DNA from: Chitinophagales bacterium
GTDB lineage: Bacteria; Bacteroidota; Bacteroidia; Chitinophagales; BACL12
Reading direction: 5' to 3'
Assembly (NCBI GenBank): GCA_038223395.1
Contig: JBBRGZ010000002.1
Span: 1-41,811, forward strand
DNA: 41,811 bases
In this document: positions 10,783-20,306 of the stretch, piece after piece
Numbering within the stretch: position 1 is the stretch's first letter
How the letters are laid out: each line of letters opens with the position of its first letter
Program-made: the position numbers and the translations under genes
The notes under the pieces: model-generated
What the model was told of the DNA's origin: nothing
The model's input: the letters and a program-made list of their open reading frames with translations, nothing else
Databases searched by the model: none

Positions 10783-10924
10783 GTTTTTGTTTTAAAAGGA
10801 TTAAAAAATATTTAATAAAGATAATTTTTTAATTTCAAATTTTTACAAATAATTAACTTCACTACGCTTGAAGACTATCAATTAAATTCCGCATTTACTG
10901 TAATTACTTGTCTCAACGGAAAAA

Positions 10925-11205
10925 ACACTAGGCTGGCCTCCTCCCAAAAACTTCGATATTCCCTTTTTTTAAAAAATTCTAACATGCTCTGAAATCACTC
11001 CACGAAAAAAGAAAAACTTCCGCCTACCCTCCACCTAAAAACTTCGATATTCGATTTTCAGTGTTCGATATTCGACATTCCCTTATTTAAAAAATTCTAA
11101 CATGCTCTGAAATCACTCCACGAAAAAAGAAAAACTTCCGCCTACCCTCCTCCCAAAAACTTCGATATTCGATATTCAGTGTTCGATATTCAACATTCCC
11201 CTTTT
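10925..11205. repeat. Right array of ~118-bp direct repeats (units start at about 10971 and 11089, plus a partial unit at about 10929), inverted relative to the left array
   Basis: The unit aaaaaattctaacatgctctgaaatcactccacgaaaaaagaaaaacttccgcctaccctcc...cttcgatattcgat.ttcagtgttcgatattc.acattccc is repeated. The reverse complement of its ~38-nt TTCGATATTCG-rich core matches the left-array core at about 34 of 38 positions. Confidence 0.9.
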
Positions 11206-11238
11206 AAAAAATTAAAATCAATATCGATACACACCAAC

Positions 11239-12099
11239 CTACTTAATTTGCCTCATCAAATAACTTCCGTATCCACTCTTCATCAAAGGCTGCGCAATTT
11301 TTTCAAGTTGTTCAGCATTGATGAATTTTTTGCGATAAGCAATTTCTTCAATGCAACCAATATTTTGACCTTGGCGCTCTTCTATAATTTGAACAAATTG
11401 TGATGCTGCCATTAATGAATCAAAAGTGCCTGTATCAAACCATGCGGTGCCTCGAGGAAGCACACTTACTTTTAATTTTTTTTGTGTTAAATATTCTTTA
11501 TTTACATCGGTAATTTCATATTCACCACGAGGACTTGGTTTTAAATTTTTTGCGATGTCAACTACATTATTATCGTAAAAATATAATCCCGGAACTGCAT
11601 AATTTGATTTAGGCTTATTTGGCTTTTCTTCGATTGAAATTGCTGTTCCTGCATCATCAAATTCTACCACCCCATAGCGCTCCGGATCGCTTACGTGATA
11701 TGCGTAAATAATTCCGCCATCCGGATTATTATTTGCAGTAAGTAATTCTCCCATGCCACTACCATAAAAAATATTATCGCCTAAAACAAGTGCTACTTTA
11801 TCGTTGCCAATAAATTCGGCACCCAAAGTAAATGCTTGCGCAAGTCCGTCGGGAGAAGGTTGTTCCTTATAGGAAAAATTACATCCAATTCTGCTACCAT
11901 CACCGAGCAGTCGCTGAAAACCTGGAAGGTCGTATGGAGTGGAAATAATGAGTATATCCTTAATGCCCGCCAACATAAGCGTTGACAACGGATAATAAAT
12001 CATAGGTTTGTCGTAAATGGGCATTAACTGCTTGCTAATTGCCAATGTAATGGGATGCAAACGTGTTCCTGACCCACCGGCTAAAATAATTCCTTTCAC
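11239..12099 (-). CDS. rfbA: Glucose-1-phosphate thymidylyltransferase
   Basis: N-terminus [18 protein letters not shown] (from a GTG start), 286 aa, RmlA-like throughout. Confidence 0.92.
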   Translation of the reverse strand: MKGIILAGGSGTRLHPITLAISKQLMPIYDKPMIYYPLSTLMLAGIKDILIISTPYDLPGFQRLLGDGSRIGCNFSYKEQPSPDGLAQAFTLGAEFIGNDKVALVLGDNIFYGSGMGELLTANNNPDGGIIYAYHVSDPERYGVVEFDDAGTAISIEEKPNKPKSNYAVPGLYFYDNNVVDIAKNLKPSPRGEYEITDVNKEYLTQKKLKVSVLPRGTAWFDTGTFDSLMAASQFVQIIEERQGQNIGCIEEIAYRKKFINAEQLEKIAQPLMKSGYGSYLMRQIK

Positions 12100-12115
12100 A
12101 AATCAAAATTTTGCA

Positions 12116-12123
12116 CAAAGATA
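12116..12123 (-). promoter_or_regulatory. Candidate Bacteroidota -7 box TATCTTTG for rfbA
   Basis: Plus-strand caaagata is the reverse complement of TAnnTTTG. It lies 16 nt upstream of the rfbA start. Confidence 0.35.
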
Positions 12124-12138
12124 GGCGGATAAGGCTAT

Positions 12139-12984
12139 TTATTTGATTTTAAAGCTATCGCCGGGCAAAAATACCTTCACTTTTACATCGGTAAAGCGCA
12201 AATATCCGTTGACGCCGCGATTGATTTTTCCCTTATTTTTCATGTAAACCACTTGACTTTCACCGGCAATTGTGGCAGTTTTTCCGTGAATAACAAGTGC
12301 TGTAGATTCGTCAATTCCCGCACAAATTAATTTGGGATATTCTTCCATTGCAGACAACAATCTGTTATATCTACTTCTCACAACAAAATGTTGATCTACA
12401 ATTACATTTTCAACGAGACCCAATCCCTCTTTAAATTCAATATTATTATCTACAATAGAATAAAAAGTAGAATAATAAGTTGTGTCTAATAATTGATTTC
12501 CTGTTATCATATGTTTACCCATTACTGCAGCTCCAGCGCTTGTTCCTGCAATGGTTGAACCGTTTTTGTAAGCATCATGTATAGCAGTATAAACAGGCGT
12601 ATTTAAAACAACCTGCATAAATCTGTTTTGATCTCCACCAGTAATAAAAATCAATTTTGCATGCAATAAAGAATCCAACATCTTTTGATTATGTACATCT
12701 TCAAAAGTAAAATTGAGATTTGCAATTGTGTTCTTACAATACAATTCCATATCCCATTTAAAATATAAAAAAGAGCTGTCCGGTTCTTCGCTCGACATGG
12801 GGAGAACTACAATATAATCATCTGCAGATAATTGCACAGTGCGTATAAGTGCCTTCATTAATTCTTCAGTGCGGTCGCCTCCACCTATAATAAATAAATT
12901 GCCCGTTGCTTTTTTATTTTGAGAAAATGATGCGGTTGATATTAAAAAAAAGAACAGTAAGCCAAACAATTTTATATTTTGCAT
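12139..12984 (-). CDS. Cyanophycinase-like peptidase, family S51, secreted
   Basis: Signal peptide, LFIIGGGDR, ITGGDQ, and the nucleophile motif AGTSAGAAVM. Confidence 0.7.
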   Translation of the reverse strand: MQNIKLFGLLFFFLISTASFSQNKKATGNLFIIGGGDRTEELMKALIRTVQLSADDYIVVLPMSSEEPDSSFLYFKWDMELYCKNTIANLNFTFEDVHNQKMLDSLLHAKLIFITGGDQNRFMQVVLNTPVYTAIHDAYKNGSTIAGTSAGAAVMGKHMITGNQLLDTTYYSTFYSIVDNNIEFKEGLGLVENVIVDQHFVVRSRYNRLLSAMEEYPKLICAGIDESTALVIHGKTATIAGESQVVYMKNKGKINRGVNGYLRFTDVKVKVFLPGDSFKIK

Positions 12985-12988
12985 ATTA

Positions 12989-14032
12989 TTATTTTTCAGT
13001 TTTTGTTTTAGGTAAATTTACACCCTTACGATGTTTTGTATAAAATAAAATCGCCACTGCAAGACCGAGCAACAAACAGGCAACTACTTGATGCGACACA
13101 CCTAAAAATACGGGAATATTTTCTTTACTGCTTAATAAAGTAACAACACCTAATAAAAATTGCAAACATAAAACAAGCACAAATGCGGTATTTAATTTAT
13201 GTACAAAAGGAGAGGTATATTTTCTATTCTGAAACCAGAATCCAACTATTGCAATAGAAACAACAAGTGCAAAATTGCGATGCAAAAAATTAATTTCTGT
13301 TGTGAGTGCCATTAATTTATCTGCAGAAAAAAAACCGTGAAACGCACCTGGCGGCATAAACTGCCCGTTCATAAGTGGATAGGTATTGTATAATCTTCCC
13401 GCATCTGTTCCAGCCATTAATCCGCCTAAGGTTATTTGAATTAAAATCAAAACAATAATCCATTTAATATTTGAATTTGCTTTGGGATGATCGGAAATTA
13501 AATCTTTTTTGCGATAGGATAATGCAAGCCAAATTAAAAACATATAGACACCCAACGCAAGTAATAAATGTATTGTAAGTTTTGAAGGGTCAACCCAAGG
13601 GTCTCCTTTTAATCCACTTGATACCATAATCCATCCAACAAATCCCTGCAATCCTCCCCAAAGAAATACGACTGCTAATTTTTTAATCCAGTGGGAATTA
13701 AATTTCTTTTTAATTAAAAAATAGATAAATGGCAATAGAAAGACAAGACTAATTAACCTTGCCCAGTTTCTATGAATAAACTCCCACCAATAAATTTTTT
13801 TAAATTTTTCAACGGAAAAATCACTATTTATCTTTTCGTATTGTGCAGAACTTTGATACAATTTAAATTCTTTATCCCAAGCTTCGGCAGAATTTGGAGG
13901 CATACTTCCCATCACAACATCCCACTCGGTAATTGACAACCCCGATTCTGTTAATCTGGTAATTCCGCCAATCATAACCTGAATAAGAACTAAAACCACT
14001 CCTGTCCATAACCATATACGTACCGCTTGCAT
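12989..14032 (-). CDS. ctaA: Heme A synthase (COX15/CtaA family)
   Basis: N-terminal GGITRLTESGLSITEW motif, eight TM segments with conserved His residues, 347 aa. Confidence 0.85.
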   Translation of the reverse strand: MQAVRIWLWTGVVLVLIQVMIGGITRLTESGLSITEWDVVMGSMPPNSAEAWDKEFKLYQSSAQYEKINSDFSVEKFKKIYWWEFIHRNWARLISLVFLLPFIYFLIKKKFNSHWIKKLAVVFLWGGLQGFVGWIMVSSGLKGDPWVDPSKLTIHLLLALGVYMFLIWLALSYRKKDLISDHPKANSNIKWIIVLILIQITLGGLMAGTDAGRLYNTYPLMNGQFMPPGAFHGFFSADKLMALTTEINFLHRNFALVVSIAIVGFWFQNRKYTSPFVHKLNTAFVLVLCLQFLLGVVTLLSSKENIPVFLGVSHQVVACLLLGLAVAILFYTKHRKGVNLPKTKTEK

Positions 14033-14045
14033 TAGATGAATTTTA

Positions 14046-14053
14046 ACAAAGGT
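14046..14053 (-). promoter_or_regulatory. Candidate -7 box TACCTTTG for ctaA
   Basis: Plus-strand caaaggta lies 13 nt upstream of the ctaA ATG. Confidence 0.3.
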
Positions 14054-14199
14054 AATTCAGAAGTACAAAATGCAAGGATTATTTTGGGTAAAATTTTCAC
14101 AAAATAAACTTCCAATTTGTAACATATCTATTTAAATAAAATAGTCCACTAATATGCTAATTAAAACATATTTTAACAGTTAAAGTTTAAATTTTGCAA

Positions 14200-15783
14200 T
14201 TATTTCAAAAGCAGTTTAAGGTCTTCCAAGGTATTTGCATCTTCAATAATTTTATCCTTTCTCCACCTAAGAATACGCGGAAAACGCAAAGCAACTCCAC
14301 TTTTATGACGGGAAGACAATGCAATACCCTCAAATCCGATTTCGAAAACGAGTTGAGGAGTAACTGTTCTAACAGGGCCGAATTTTTCTAAGGTATTTCT
14401 TTTAACAAAATTATCTACTTCACGAATTTCCTTATCTGTTAAACCTGAATATGCCTTAGCAAATATTACCAACTTTTTTTCCTGTAACGAAGTGTCCCAA
14501 ACTGCAAAAGTGTAATCTGTATACAAATCAGCTCTTCTTCCACTTCCTTTTTGCGCATACACCATTACAGCATCAATGGAAAAAGGTTCCACTTTCCATT
14601 TCCACCAATCTCCTTTTTTTCTGCCAACTTGATAGGAAGAATTTTTTCTTTTCAACATAATACCTTCCGAAAAATTTTCGCGACTGAAATTTCTTTTATC
14701 CCTAAGCGATTGCCATGTTTCGTAAATAATTTCAGGGGATAAAACCATCGGATAAATAATATTTAAACGCTGCAATATATTTCTTCGCTCTGTTAGCGAT
14801 TTTTCCCTGATATCCTGAAAATTATATTCGAGTATATCATAAATAATAAATGCTATGGGTGCTTCCTTTAAAATTTTTGCAGTGATATTTTTTCTGCCAA
14901 TGCGCGTCTGCAAAACCGCAAATGGTAAAGGATGTCCATTTTCAAAACAAATTATTTCTCCATCCAGTACAATGCCGTCAGGTAAATAATCCTTTAATTT
15001 ATGCAATTCCGGAAATTTTTCAGTAACCAAATCTTCACCACGGCTCCATATAAATATTTCGTTTTTTCTAATAATAAGCTGACCTCTAATTCCATCCCAT
15101 TTCCATTCAGCTTGCCAATCTTTTTCTTCACCAAGCAGCGTTACATCACCTTCAATAGGATATGCTAAATAAAATGGATAAGGTTGTGAAATATTTGTAT
15201 GAATTCTATCCTCAAAAATCAAAGCCTGAAAAGTAAGGTCATCCGGCAACCAATTTCCGGCAAGACGATGCGATAAAATATTACTCTTAATTCCAGATAA
15301 TTCAGCCAACGCATTAATTACCATCTTTTCAGAAACACCAATCCTGAAAGCGCCGGTAATTAATTTATTAAATGCAAATTTTTCTGCAGCATTAAATGCA
15401 TTCCACGCACTGAGTATAAATTGCTTTCTGTCCAGTTCAGGCTCCTTACTGATGGTTTGTATTTTATTTATCCAATCGCTTAATGTATTGTCTGAAGTAT
15501 TATGTGGCTTCGGCAATAATAAAGCAATGGTTTCAGATAAATCGCCTACAGAATGATAACTTTCTTCAAACAGCCATTGGGGCAAGCCGGAAGCCTCCAT
15601 TGCCCATGTGCGCAATTGTGTGTGATTTACCTGCCGTTTAATTTTTCTACCGCTTAATAAATAAATTGTCCATAATTTATCTTTATCCGGAGCCTTACTG
15701 AAATATTCTTTTAAAATGGCAATTCTGTCATTTGTTTTATTTGTTTGATCTAGATTAGATAATAATTCAGCAAATAGTTTCAT
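14200..15783 (-). CDS. ATP-dependent DNA ligase (ligase-associated DNA damage response type)
   Basis: Adenylation motif I, EWKWDGIRGQ (KxDGxR). 527 aa. It overlaps the upstream MBL-fold exonuclease gene by 4 nt (ATGA). Confidence 0.88.
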   Translation of the reverse strand: MKLFAELLSNLDQTNKTNDRIAILKEYFSKAPDKDKLWTIYLLSGRKIKRQVNHTQLRTWAMEASGLPQWLFEESYHSVGDLSETIALLLPKPHNTSDNTLSDWINKIQTISKEPELDRKQFILSAWNAFNAAEKFAFNKLITGAFRIGVSEKMVINALAELSGIKSNILSHRLAGNWLPDDLTFQALIFEDRIHTNISQPYPFYLAYPIEGDVTLLGEEKDWQAEWKWDGIRGQLIIRKNEIFIWSRGEDLVTEKFPELHKLKDYLPDGIVLDGEIICFENGHPLPFAVLQTRIGRKNITAKILKEAPIAFIIYDILEYNFQDIREKSLTERRNILQRLNIIYPMVLSPEIIYETWQSLRDKRNFSRENFSEGIMLKRKNSSYQVGRKKGDWWKWKVEPFSIDAVMVYAQKGSGRRADLYTDYTFAVWDTSLQEKKLVIFAKAYSGLTDKEIREVDNFVKRNTLEKFGPVRTVTPQLVFEIGFEGIALSSRHKSGVALRFPRILRWRKDKIIEDANTLEDLKLLLK

Positions 15784-16802
15784 GCGTTTATATTTATTTC
15801 ATCATCACCGCTTACTTTTTCGCCTGTATAATCTGTTTCAAGTTCATAAGCATCCATTCCCTTTTCGCGAAGCCATTTTACAAAAGTTGCTGTATACCCA
15901 TGTGTAATAAAAACTTTTTCTGCACCGGTTGCTTGTATCACCTCATTTAATTGGTCCCAATCTGCATGATCGCTCAAAACAAATCCTTTATCAATTGCTT
16001 CTCTTCTTTTATTCCCTCTTACCTGCATCCAACCACTGCAATAACCAACTGAAAAAGGATGGAATTTTTTGATCCAGGGAGTTCCCAATGCGCTGGAGGG
16101 TGCAATAATTAGTGCATTTTTATATTCAGATGCTGGAGTTTCAGGAGTAAGTCTATCAAAATTACGCAAGGCAACACCTGCATTAATGAGAGCTTCATTA
16201 ATATTAAATACAGCGCCATGTAATAATACTTTTCCAATTTTGGGATCAATATTTTGAACTAATCGTTGTGCCTTTCCCAATGCATAACCAATAAGAATAC
16301 TTGTTTTATTTTGAGCGATATTATTTTTCCACCAATTATTAATTTCTTCAAATATTTCTACCTGAGGTTTCCATTTAAATATCGGAAGTCCAAATGTGGA
16401 TTCCGAAATAAACTGGTTGCATTTCACTACTTCAAATGCACCACTTAATCCATCATCTTCAGTTTTATAGTCACCACTCACTACGAGCACCTGCCCATTT
16501 TTTTCGATGCGTATCTGCGCCGAACCCGGAATATGAGCAGCAGGATGTAGACTAAATTGCACTCCATTAATCATTACCTTTTCTCCATATTCTATACTTT
16601 CGCAATTAATATCAGCGCTTAATCGATATTTTAAAATAGGTTTGGTGTAATGATGACACAAATAACTGCCATTACCAATCCGCGCATGATCACTGTGTGC
16701 ATGTGTTATTATACATCGTTTTACCGGCTTCCATGGATCAATATATAAATCCGCATCAGGAATATAAATGCCACTCTTCGTCATCTCGAACATCTGTTGC
16801 AT
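15780..16802 (-). CDS. Ligase-associated DNA damage response exonuclease (metallo-beta-lactamase / beta-CASP fold)
   Basis: ITHAHSDHA metal-binding motif, 340 aa, translationally coupled to the ligase. Confidence 0.8.
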   Translation of the reverse strand: MQQMFEMTKSGIYIPDADLYIDPWKPVKRCIITHAHSDHARIGNGSYLCHHYTKPILKYRLSADINCESIEYGEKVMINGVQFSLHPAAHIPGSAQIRIEKNGQVLVVSGDYKTEDDGLSGAFEVVKCNQFISESTFGLPIFKWKPQVEIFEEINNWWKNNIAQNKTSILIGYALGKAQRLVQNIDPKIGKVLLHGAVFNINEALINAGVALRNFDRLTPETPASEYKNALIIAPSSALGTPWIKKFHPFSVGYCSGWMQVRGNKRREAIDKGFVLSDHADWDQLNEVIQATGAEKVFITHGYTATFVKWLREKGMDAYELETDYTGEKVSGDDEININA

Positions 16803-16967
16803 ACATTTTATACTTTTAAATAAGAAAAGAGTTTCAAATTGGGATAAAAAATATCCATTTCATATTGCTGACATTTTAAAATATACAAAAAGTAGGTTTG
16901 TAAATGGATTCGACAGTATAAAAAGCAATAATTTAAAAATAACCTATAAATTATAACTATTATAAAT

Positions 16968-16975
16968 TAAATTTG
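16968..16975 (+). promoter_or_regulatory. Candidate -7 box TAAATTTG for the 17024 gene
   Basis: Exact TAnnTTTG match 49 nt upstream of the ATG. Confidence 0.35.
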
Positions 16976-17023
16976 TAATACATTTTTAAAAACAATCAAC
17001 AAAAACCTTCTAAATTATAAATA

Positions 17024-18142
17024 ATGCAAAAAAATAGATTATTTATCTCTCTTATTATTTGCTCTTTAATATTTCTTAATTCATGCAGTAAGGAGGTAAG
17101 TTTTGATGATAACGCAGATGCAGACACCGACACACAGTATGCACTGGCAGGTATTTCTACTAAACCGGCAACAAAATTTACAAAGATATTTGACACCAAA
17201 GGTAATGGTTGGACGGGTTCTGATGCGGCATATTCTATCGGTTTACCTGATGGCAGATCCTTATGGCTATTTGGCGATTCGTTTTTAGATACAGTATATG
17301 CTGATTATAGTCGCCCGGGAAGCGATTTAATTAGAAATTGTTTTGTAATTCAAGCCGGAAACAATCTTACTACTTTGGTTACAAATACAATAGATGATCC
17401 TGAAGCCCTCGTATCAACACTTGACCCTACAAACGAATGGTATTGGCCGGGCGATGGAACTGTTATTGGCGACAATGTTTATGTGTATATGATGTATTTT
17501 ATTAGAACAGGAGGAGGCATTTTTGATTTTGAATATGTGCGCACCGACTTGGTGCAATTCAGCTATCCCTCAATTACAGAAGTAAGCAGAACTTCGGCAT
17601 TTAACGATTCTCATATTCTTTGGGGAAGTGCATTAATGGAGGATGGTGATTATATTTATGTATATGGCGCGGAGTCAACGGCGTTTACAAAATATGCACA
17701 CGTAGTTAGAATTCCTGCAGGCAATATAAACGGAACCAAAGAATTTTGGAACGGCACAATTTGGACAACAACCGAACCTTTATATAATGTTGGCAGACTT
17801 GAAAAACAAAGTGGATTAGCGGTTGATGTTTCTGCACAATATTCTGTATTTTATTACAATGGAAAATATCGTTTATTAACGCAAGAAGGATTTTTAGGGC
17901 CTACAATTTATAGCTGGGAATCCAACAAACCAACCGGCCCTTGGAAGGCTCGCCAAACTGTTTATGTAACACCTGAAACCGGTGGCGACTTATTTACTTA
18001 CAACGCCTACGCACACCCCGAATTTACATTAGGCGACGGGTCCATTTTATTAACATACAATGAAAATAGTTTTAACTTTTTCGACCTATTTGATGATGCA
18101 AGAATTTACAGACCGAAGTTTGTGTGGTTTAAGTATTTGTGA
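17024..18142 (+). CDS. Secreted lipoprotein, DUF4185/DUF5005-like beta-propeller (putative glycoside hydrolase-like)
   Basis: Lipoprotein signal (LIFLNSC). The motif WTGSDAAYSIGLPDGRSLWLFGDSF is reminiscent of DUF4185-type propellers. Function is uncertain. Confidence 0.5.
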   Translation: MQKNRLFISLIICSLIFLNSCSKEVSFDDNADADTDTQYALAGISTKPATKFTKIFDTKGNGWTGSDAAYSIGLPDGRSLWLFGDSFLDTVYADYSRPGSDLIRNCFVIQAGNNLTTLVTNTIDDPEALVSTLDPTNEWYWPGDGTVIGDNVYVYMMYFIRTGGGIFDFEYVRTDLVQFSYPSITEVSRTSAFNDSHILWGSALMEDGDYIYVYGAESTAFTKYAHVVRIPAGNINGTKEFWNGTIWTTTEPLYNVGRLEKQSGLAVDVSAQYSVFYYNGKYRLLTQEGFLGPTIYSWESNKPTGPWKARQTVYVTPETGGDLFTYNAYAHPEFTLGDGSILLTYNENSFNFFDLFDDARIYRPKFVWFKYL

Positions 18143-18161
18143 TGAAGTAATTAAAATATAT

Positions 18162-18196
18162 AGGCCGCTTTGAATTTAAGGCGGCCTTTTTTTTAT
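18162..18196 (+). terminator. Rho-independent terminator
   Basis: Stem aggccgc / gcggcct followed by a T8 run. Confidence 0.75.
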
Positions 18197-18400
18197 GATT
18201 TTTTAAAATGATTTTTGGTGTGATTTTAATTTTTTATTAAAAATAGAAATGATTTATAGAATTAATTTTTAGTGCATATTATTTTTAATTATTAATATAA
18301 TTTAAAATATATAAGTTTTATGTAATTTCAATTTTAGAATAAGAATTACATTTTAAAAATATTGATCTATTTCTTCCATACATTATTTCAATTAAAATTA

Positions 18401-19663
18401 TTATTCTGCATGACGAAATGCATTTTGCATTAATTCAATTTCGATGTTTTGAATTCCAGTTTTTTTTGCTATTTTTCTCCATAATTTTACACTGTTTTTT
18501 ACTTCGAAAATGATTTCTTTTGCACGCATTTTTTTAATACGAAACTCCGCCGCAACTTCCATTGCTAAATCAAGGCTCTGCGAATTATCTACCTCTGAAA
18601 TATTTAGCGTTAGTCCATTTCCAGTTGGGCTGGGATTCATATCAAAAGCAGGAGAAAGTATCCATCCATCATGTTGTAGGATAAACCCATGATTTCTAAG
18701 ATGATCATCCACATTTGAAACACAAATATTGAAAACAATACGTCGCCATAGTTGTTCCAGATCGTTGTTAGTATTTGCCCCTTTTTGAATGATGAAATTT
18801 ACAATATCAAGATAACCTGCACCTGATAAATAATCATCGCCATCCTTTTTACCTATCTGTGTCATTGCAGATGCAAAATGCAGTCTTGCGCCGTTTTGCG
18901 TTCTGTCAAATCGCTTAGTAAGAAATGTATGATAACGACCAGAAAATTTTTGAATCTTTGCTTTCGACATATTAATTCCTGATTCAATAGCAAGTTCATG
19001 TAATACAAATTCCCAAGCTCCGGAATTTACCTCGTCCATTTCACTTGGAAATTTTGCAATCCATAAATTTCCTGCCGGATCAACTACACTCGCCTTTGGT
19101 CGCGCGCCGCCAAGTGATCCACCTGGAGCAATGAGCATGCGTAACCATTTCATATAATCCTTTTTCATTTCGGCACCTTCTTTTTCCAATTGATTACTTG
19201 CAAATTCTAAATCGCGCAACTGAGCCCAAGGTGGCGAAGCCATATCCATATTATTATCAAGAAAGGGTTCTTTGTCAAACAATTTGTATCTAAGTGCTCC
19301 CAATCGGTAAGCGTCAAATACTGCCAGTAAAAAATCAGATTCGAGAAGATTTAATACCGGCCTTTTTTCTAATCTGGCATATTGGGCTTCTCTTCTTTGC
19401 AAAAGAATTCTTCCCCAACGATCTGGAGAAGAATCAAGGAAAATTCCGAAATTAGGATGTTCCTCTCGCGCATATTGAGGTCCTGAATACAATACTAAAT
19501 CGGGGTCAAGCTCATAAGTATTCGTTTTCAACCAAACTTTATCATATTCAAATGAAAAAATCTCTTTTCCACGTGAAAAGGATACATTTAATATTCCCAT
19601 TAACTGTGTACCATTCAAACTTTGCCAGTCGGCGTATACTTGTATTGATTTCATTTGTCTCAA
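18401..19663 (-). CDS. hipA: HipA family serine/threonine kinase toxin (type II TA)
   Basis: GGSLGGARPKASV nucleotide-binding motif, catalytic NVDDHLRNHGF, N-terminal HipA coupling domain, 420 aa. Confidence 0.88.
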   Translation of the reverse strand: MRQMKSIQVYADWQSLNGTQLMGILNVSFSRGKEIFSFEYDKVWLKTNTYELDPDLVLYSGPQYAREEHPNFGIFLDSSPDRWGRILLQRREAQYARLEKRPVLNLLESDFLLAVFDAYRLGALRYKLFDKEPFLDNNMDMASPPWAQLRDLEFASNQLEKEGAEMKKDYMKWLRMLIAPGGSLGGARPKASVVDPAGNLWIAKFPSEMDEVNSGAWEFVLHELAIESGINMSKAKIQKFSGRYHTFLTKRFDRTQNGARLHFASAMTQIGKKDGDDYLSGAGYLDIVNFIIQKGANTNNDLEQLWRRIVFNICVSNVDDHLRNHGFILQHDGWILSPAFDMNPSPTGNGLTLNISEVDNSQSLDLAMEVAAEFRIKKMRAKEIIFEVKNSVKLWRKIAKKTGIQNIEIELMQNAFRHAE

Positions 19664-19671
19664 TGCTATAA

Positions 19672-19992
19672 TTATTTTTTACCCTTTGAGCTGCTTTTTT
19701 TGGGTTGAGTCATTCTTATATCTTGCAATTTTCTACCAAGCAAATCATCTTTAGCAATTAACAGCAAATCTTTATCAAGTCCTAAACAAAATAATACGCT
19801 TGCATAAGCTCCGAGCGTAACAGCACTATCTCCACGTTCAACGGAACGCAGCGTATTTCTACTCATTCCTGCACGCTCCGAAAGCATCACTGCAGAAATT
19901 TTACGTCTTAATCTTGCCAAACGAATATTTTCTCCCAAAATCTTCAGGTGAGCTTTAATGGCTGGTGGTGGTGGAGCAGTTTTTTTAGGCAT
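19672..19992 (-). CDS. hipB: XRE-family helix-turn-helix antitoxin (HipB-like)
   Basis: HTH segment ISAVMLSERAGMSRNTLRSVERGD, 8 nt upstream of hipA. I prefer the ATG at 19992 (MPKK...) because the TTG at 20022 overlaps the candidate -7 box. Confidence 0.75.
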   Translation of the reverse strand: MPKKTAPPPPAIKAHLKILGENIRLARLRRKISAVMLSERAGMSRNTLRSVERGDSAVTLGAYASVLFCLGLDKDLLLIAKDDLLGRKLQDIRMTQPKKSSSKGKK

Positions 19993-20019
19993 GGTATAGA
20001 TATGATATTTATTATTTAC

Positions 20020-20027
20020 CAAAGATA
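20020..20027 (-). promoter_or_regulatory. Candidate -7 box TATCTTTG for hipBA
   Basis: Plus-strand caaagata lies 27 nt upstream of the ATG at 19992. Confidence 0.4.
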
Positions 20028-20033
20028 GACTTT

Positions 20034-20129
20034 TTGTTCATAATATTGAGCATATTAAACAATTTAAATAGATTTGTTGTCGCTATTATAACCAATTTCC
20101 TTAATATTGTTCATAATATTGAGCATATT
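20034..20129. promoter_or_regulatory. Two exact 23-bp direct repeats, TTGTTCATAATATTGAGCATATT (20034-20056 and 20107-20129); candidate HipB operators
   Basis: Exact duplication 73 bp apart. The proximal copy overlaps the expected -33 region of the hipBA promoter. Confidence 0.45.
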
Positions 20130-20306
20130 TTACTTAAATATGATATTTTTGAATGTTTATTATACTTTATTTTGGAAAAAATTTAATGGTCGATACCAAA
20201 AAGTTCCGGTATAAAAGCCAATTAATTTATCTCGTGCATAAATGCAAATTATACAAAAAGCAGCTTGATAATGCTAAAAATGTAATTTTTCCTTTAGTTT
20301 TAGATT

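Noticed and set aside
10129-11205. The repeat arrays flanking the four-helix-bundle gene could be a CRISPR array.
   Set aside because: The units are ~114-118 bp and directly abut one another without unique spacers. The two arrays are in inverted orientation, and there are no cas genes in the window.
10050-11205. A diversity-generating retroelement, since Avd is a four-helix-bundle protein and there are ~115-bp repeats nearby.
   Set aside because: No reverse transcriptase is in the window, and the repeats are intergenic rather than lying in a target gene. The few differences between units are not adenine-specific (an a/t and a t/a swap).
10162-11403. ORFs 10162-10407, 10379-10624 and 11179-11403.
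   Set aside because: Two of them are translations of the repeat units themselves (the EYRISNIEYRIS-type peptides come from the GAATATCGA iterations). The others are antisense to the four-helix-bundle and rfbA genes.
18300-18345. An AT-only inverted repeat, atgtaatt...aattacat, downstream of hipA as a possible terminator.
   Set aside because: It is an 8-bp all-A/T stem with a 16-nt loop, too weak to call in a region that is almost pure A/T.
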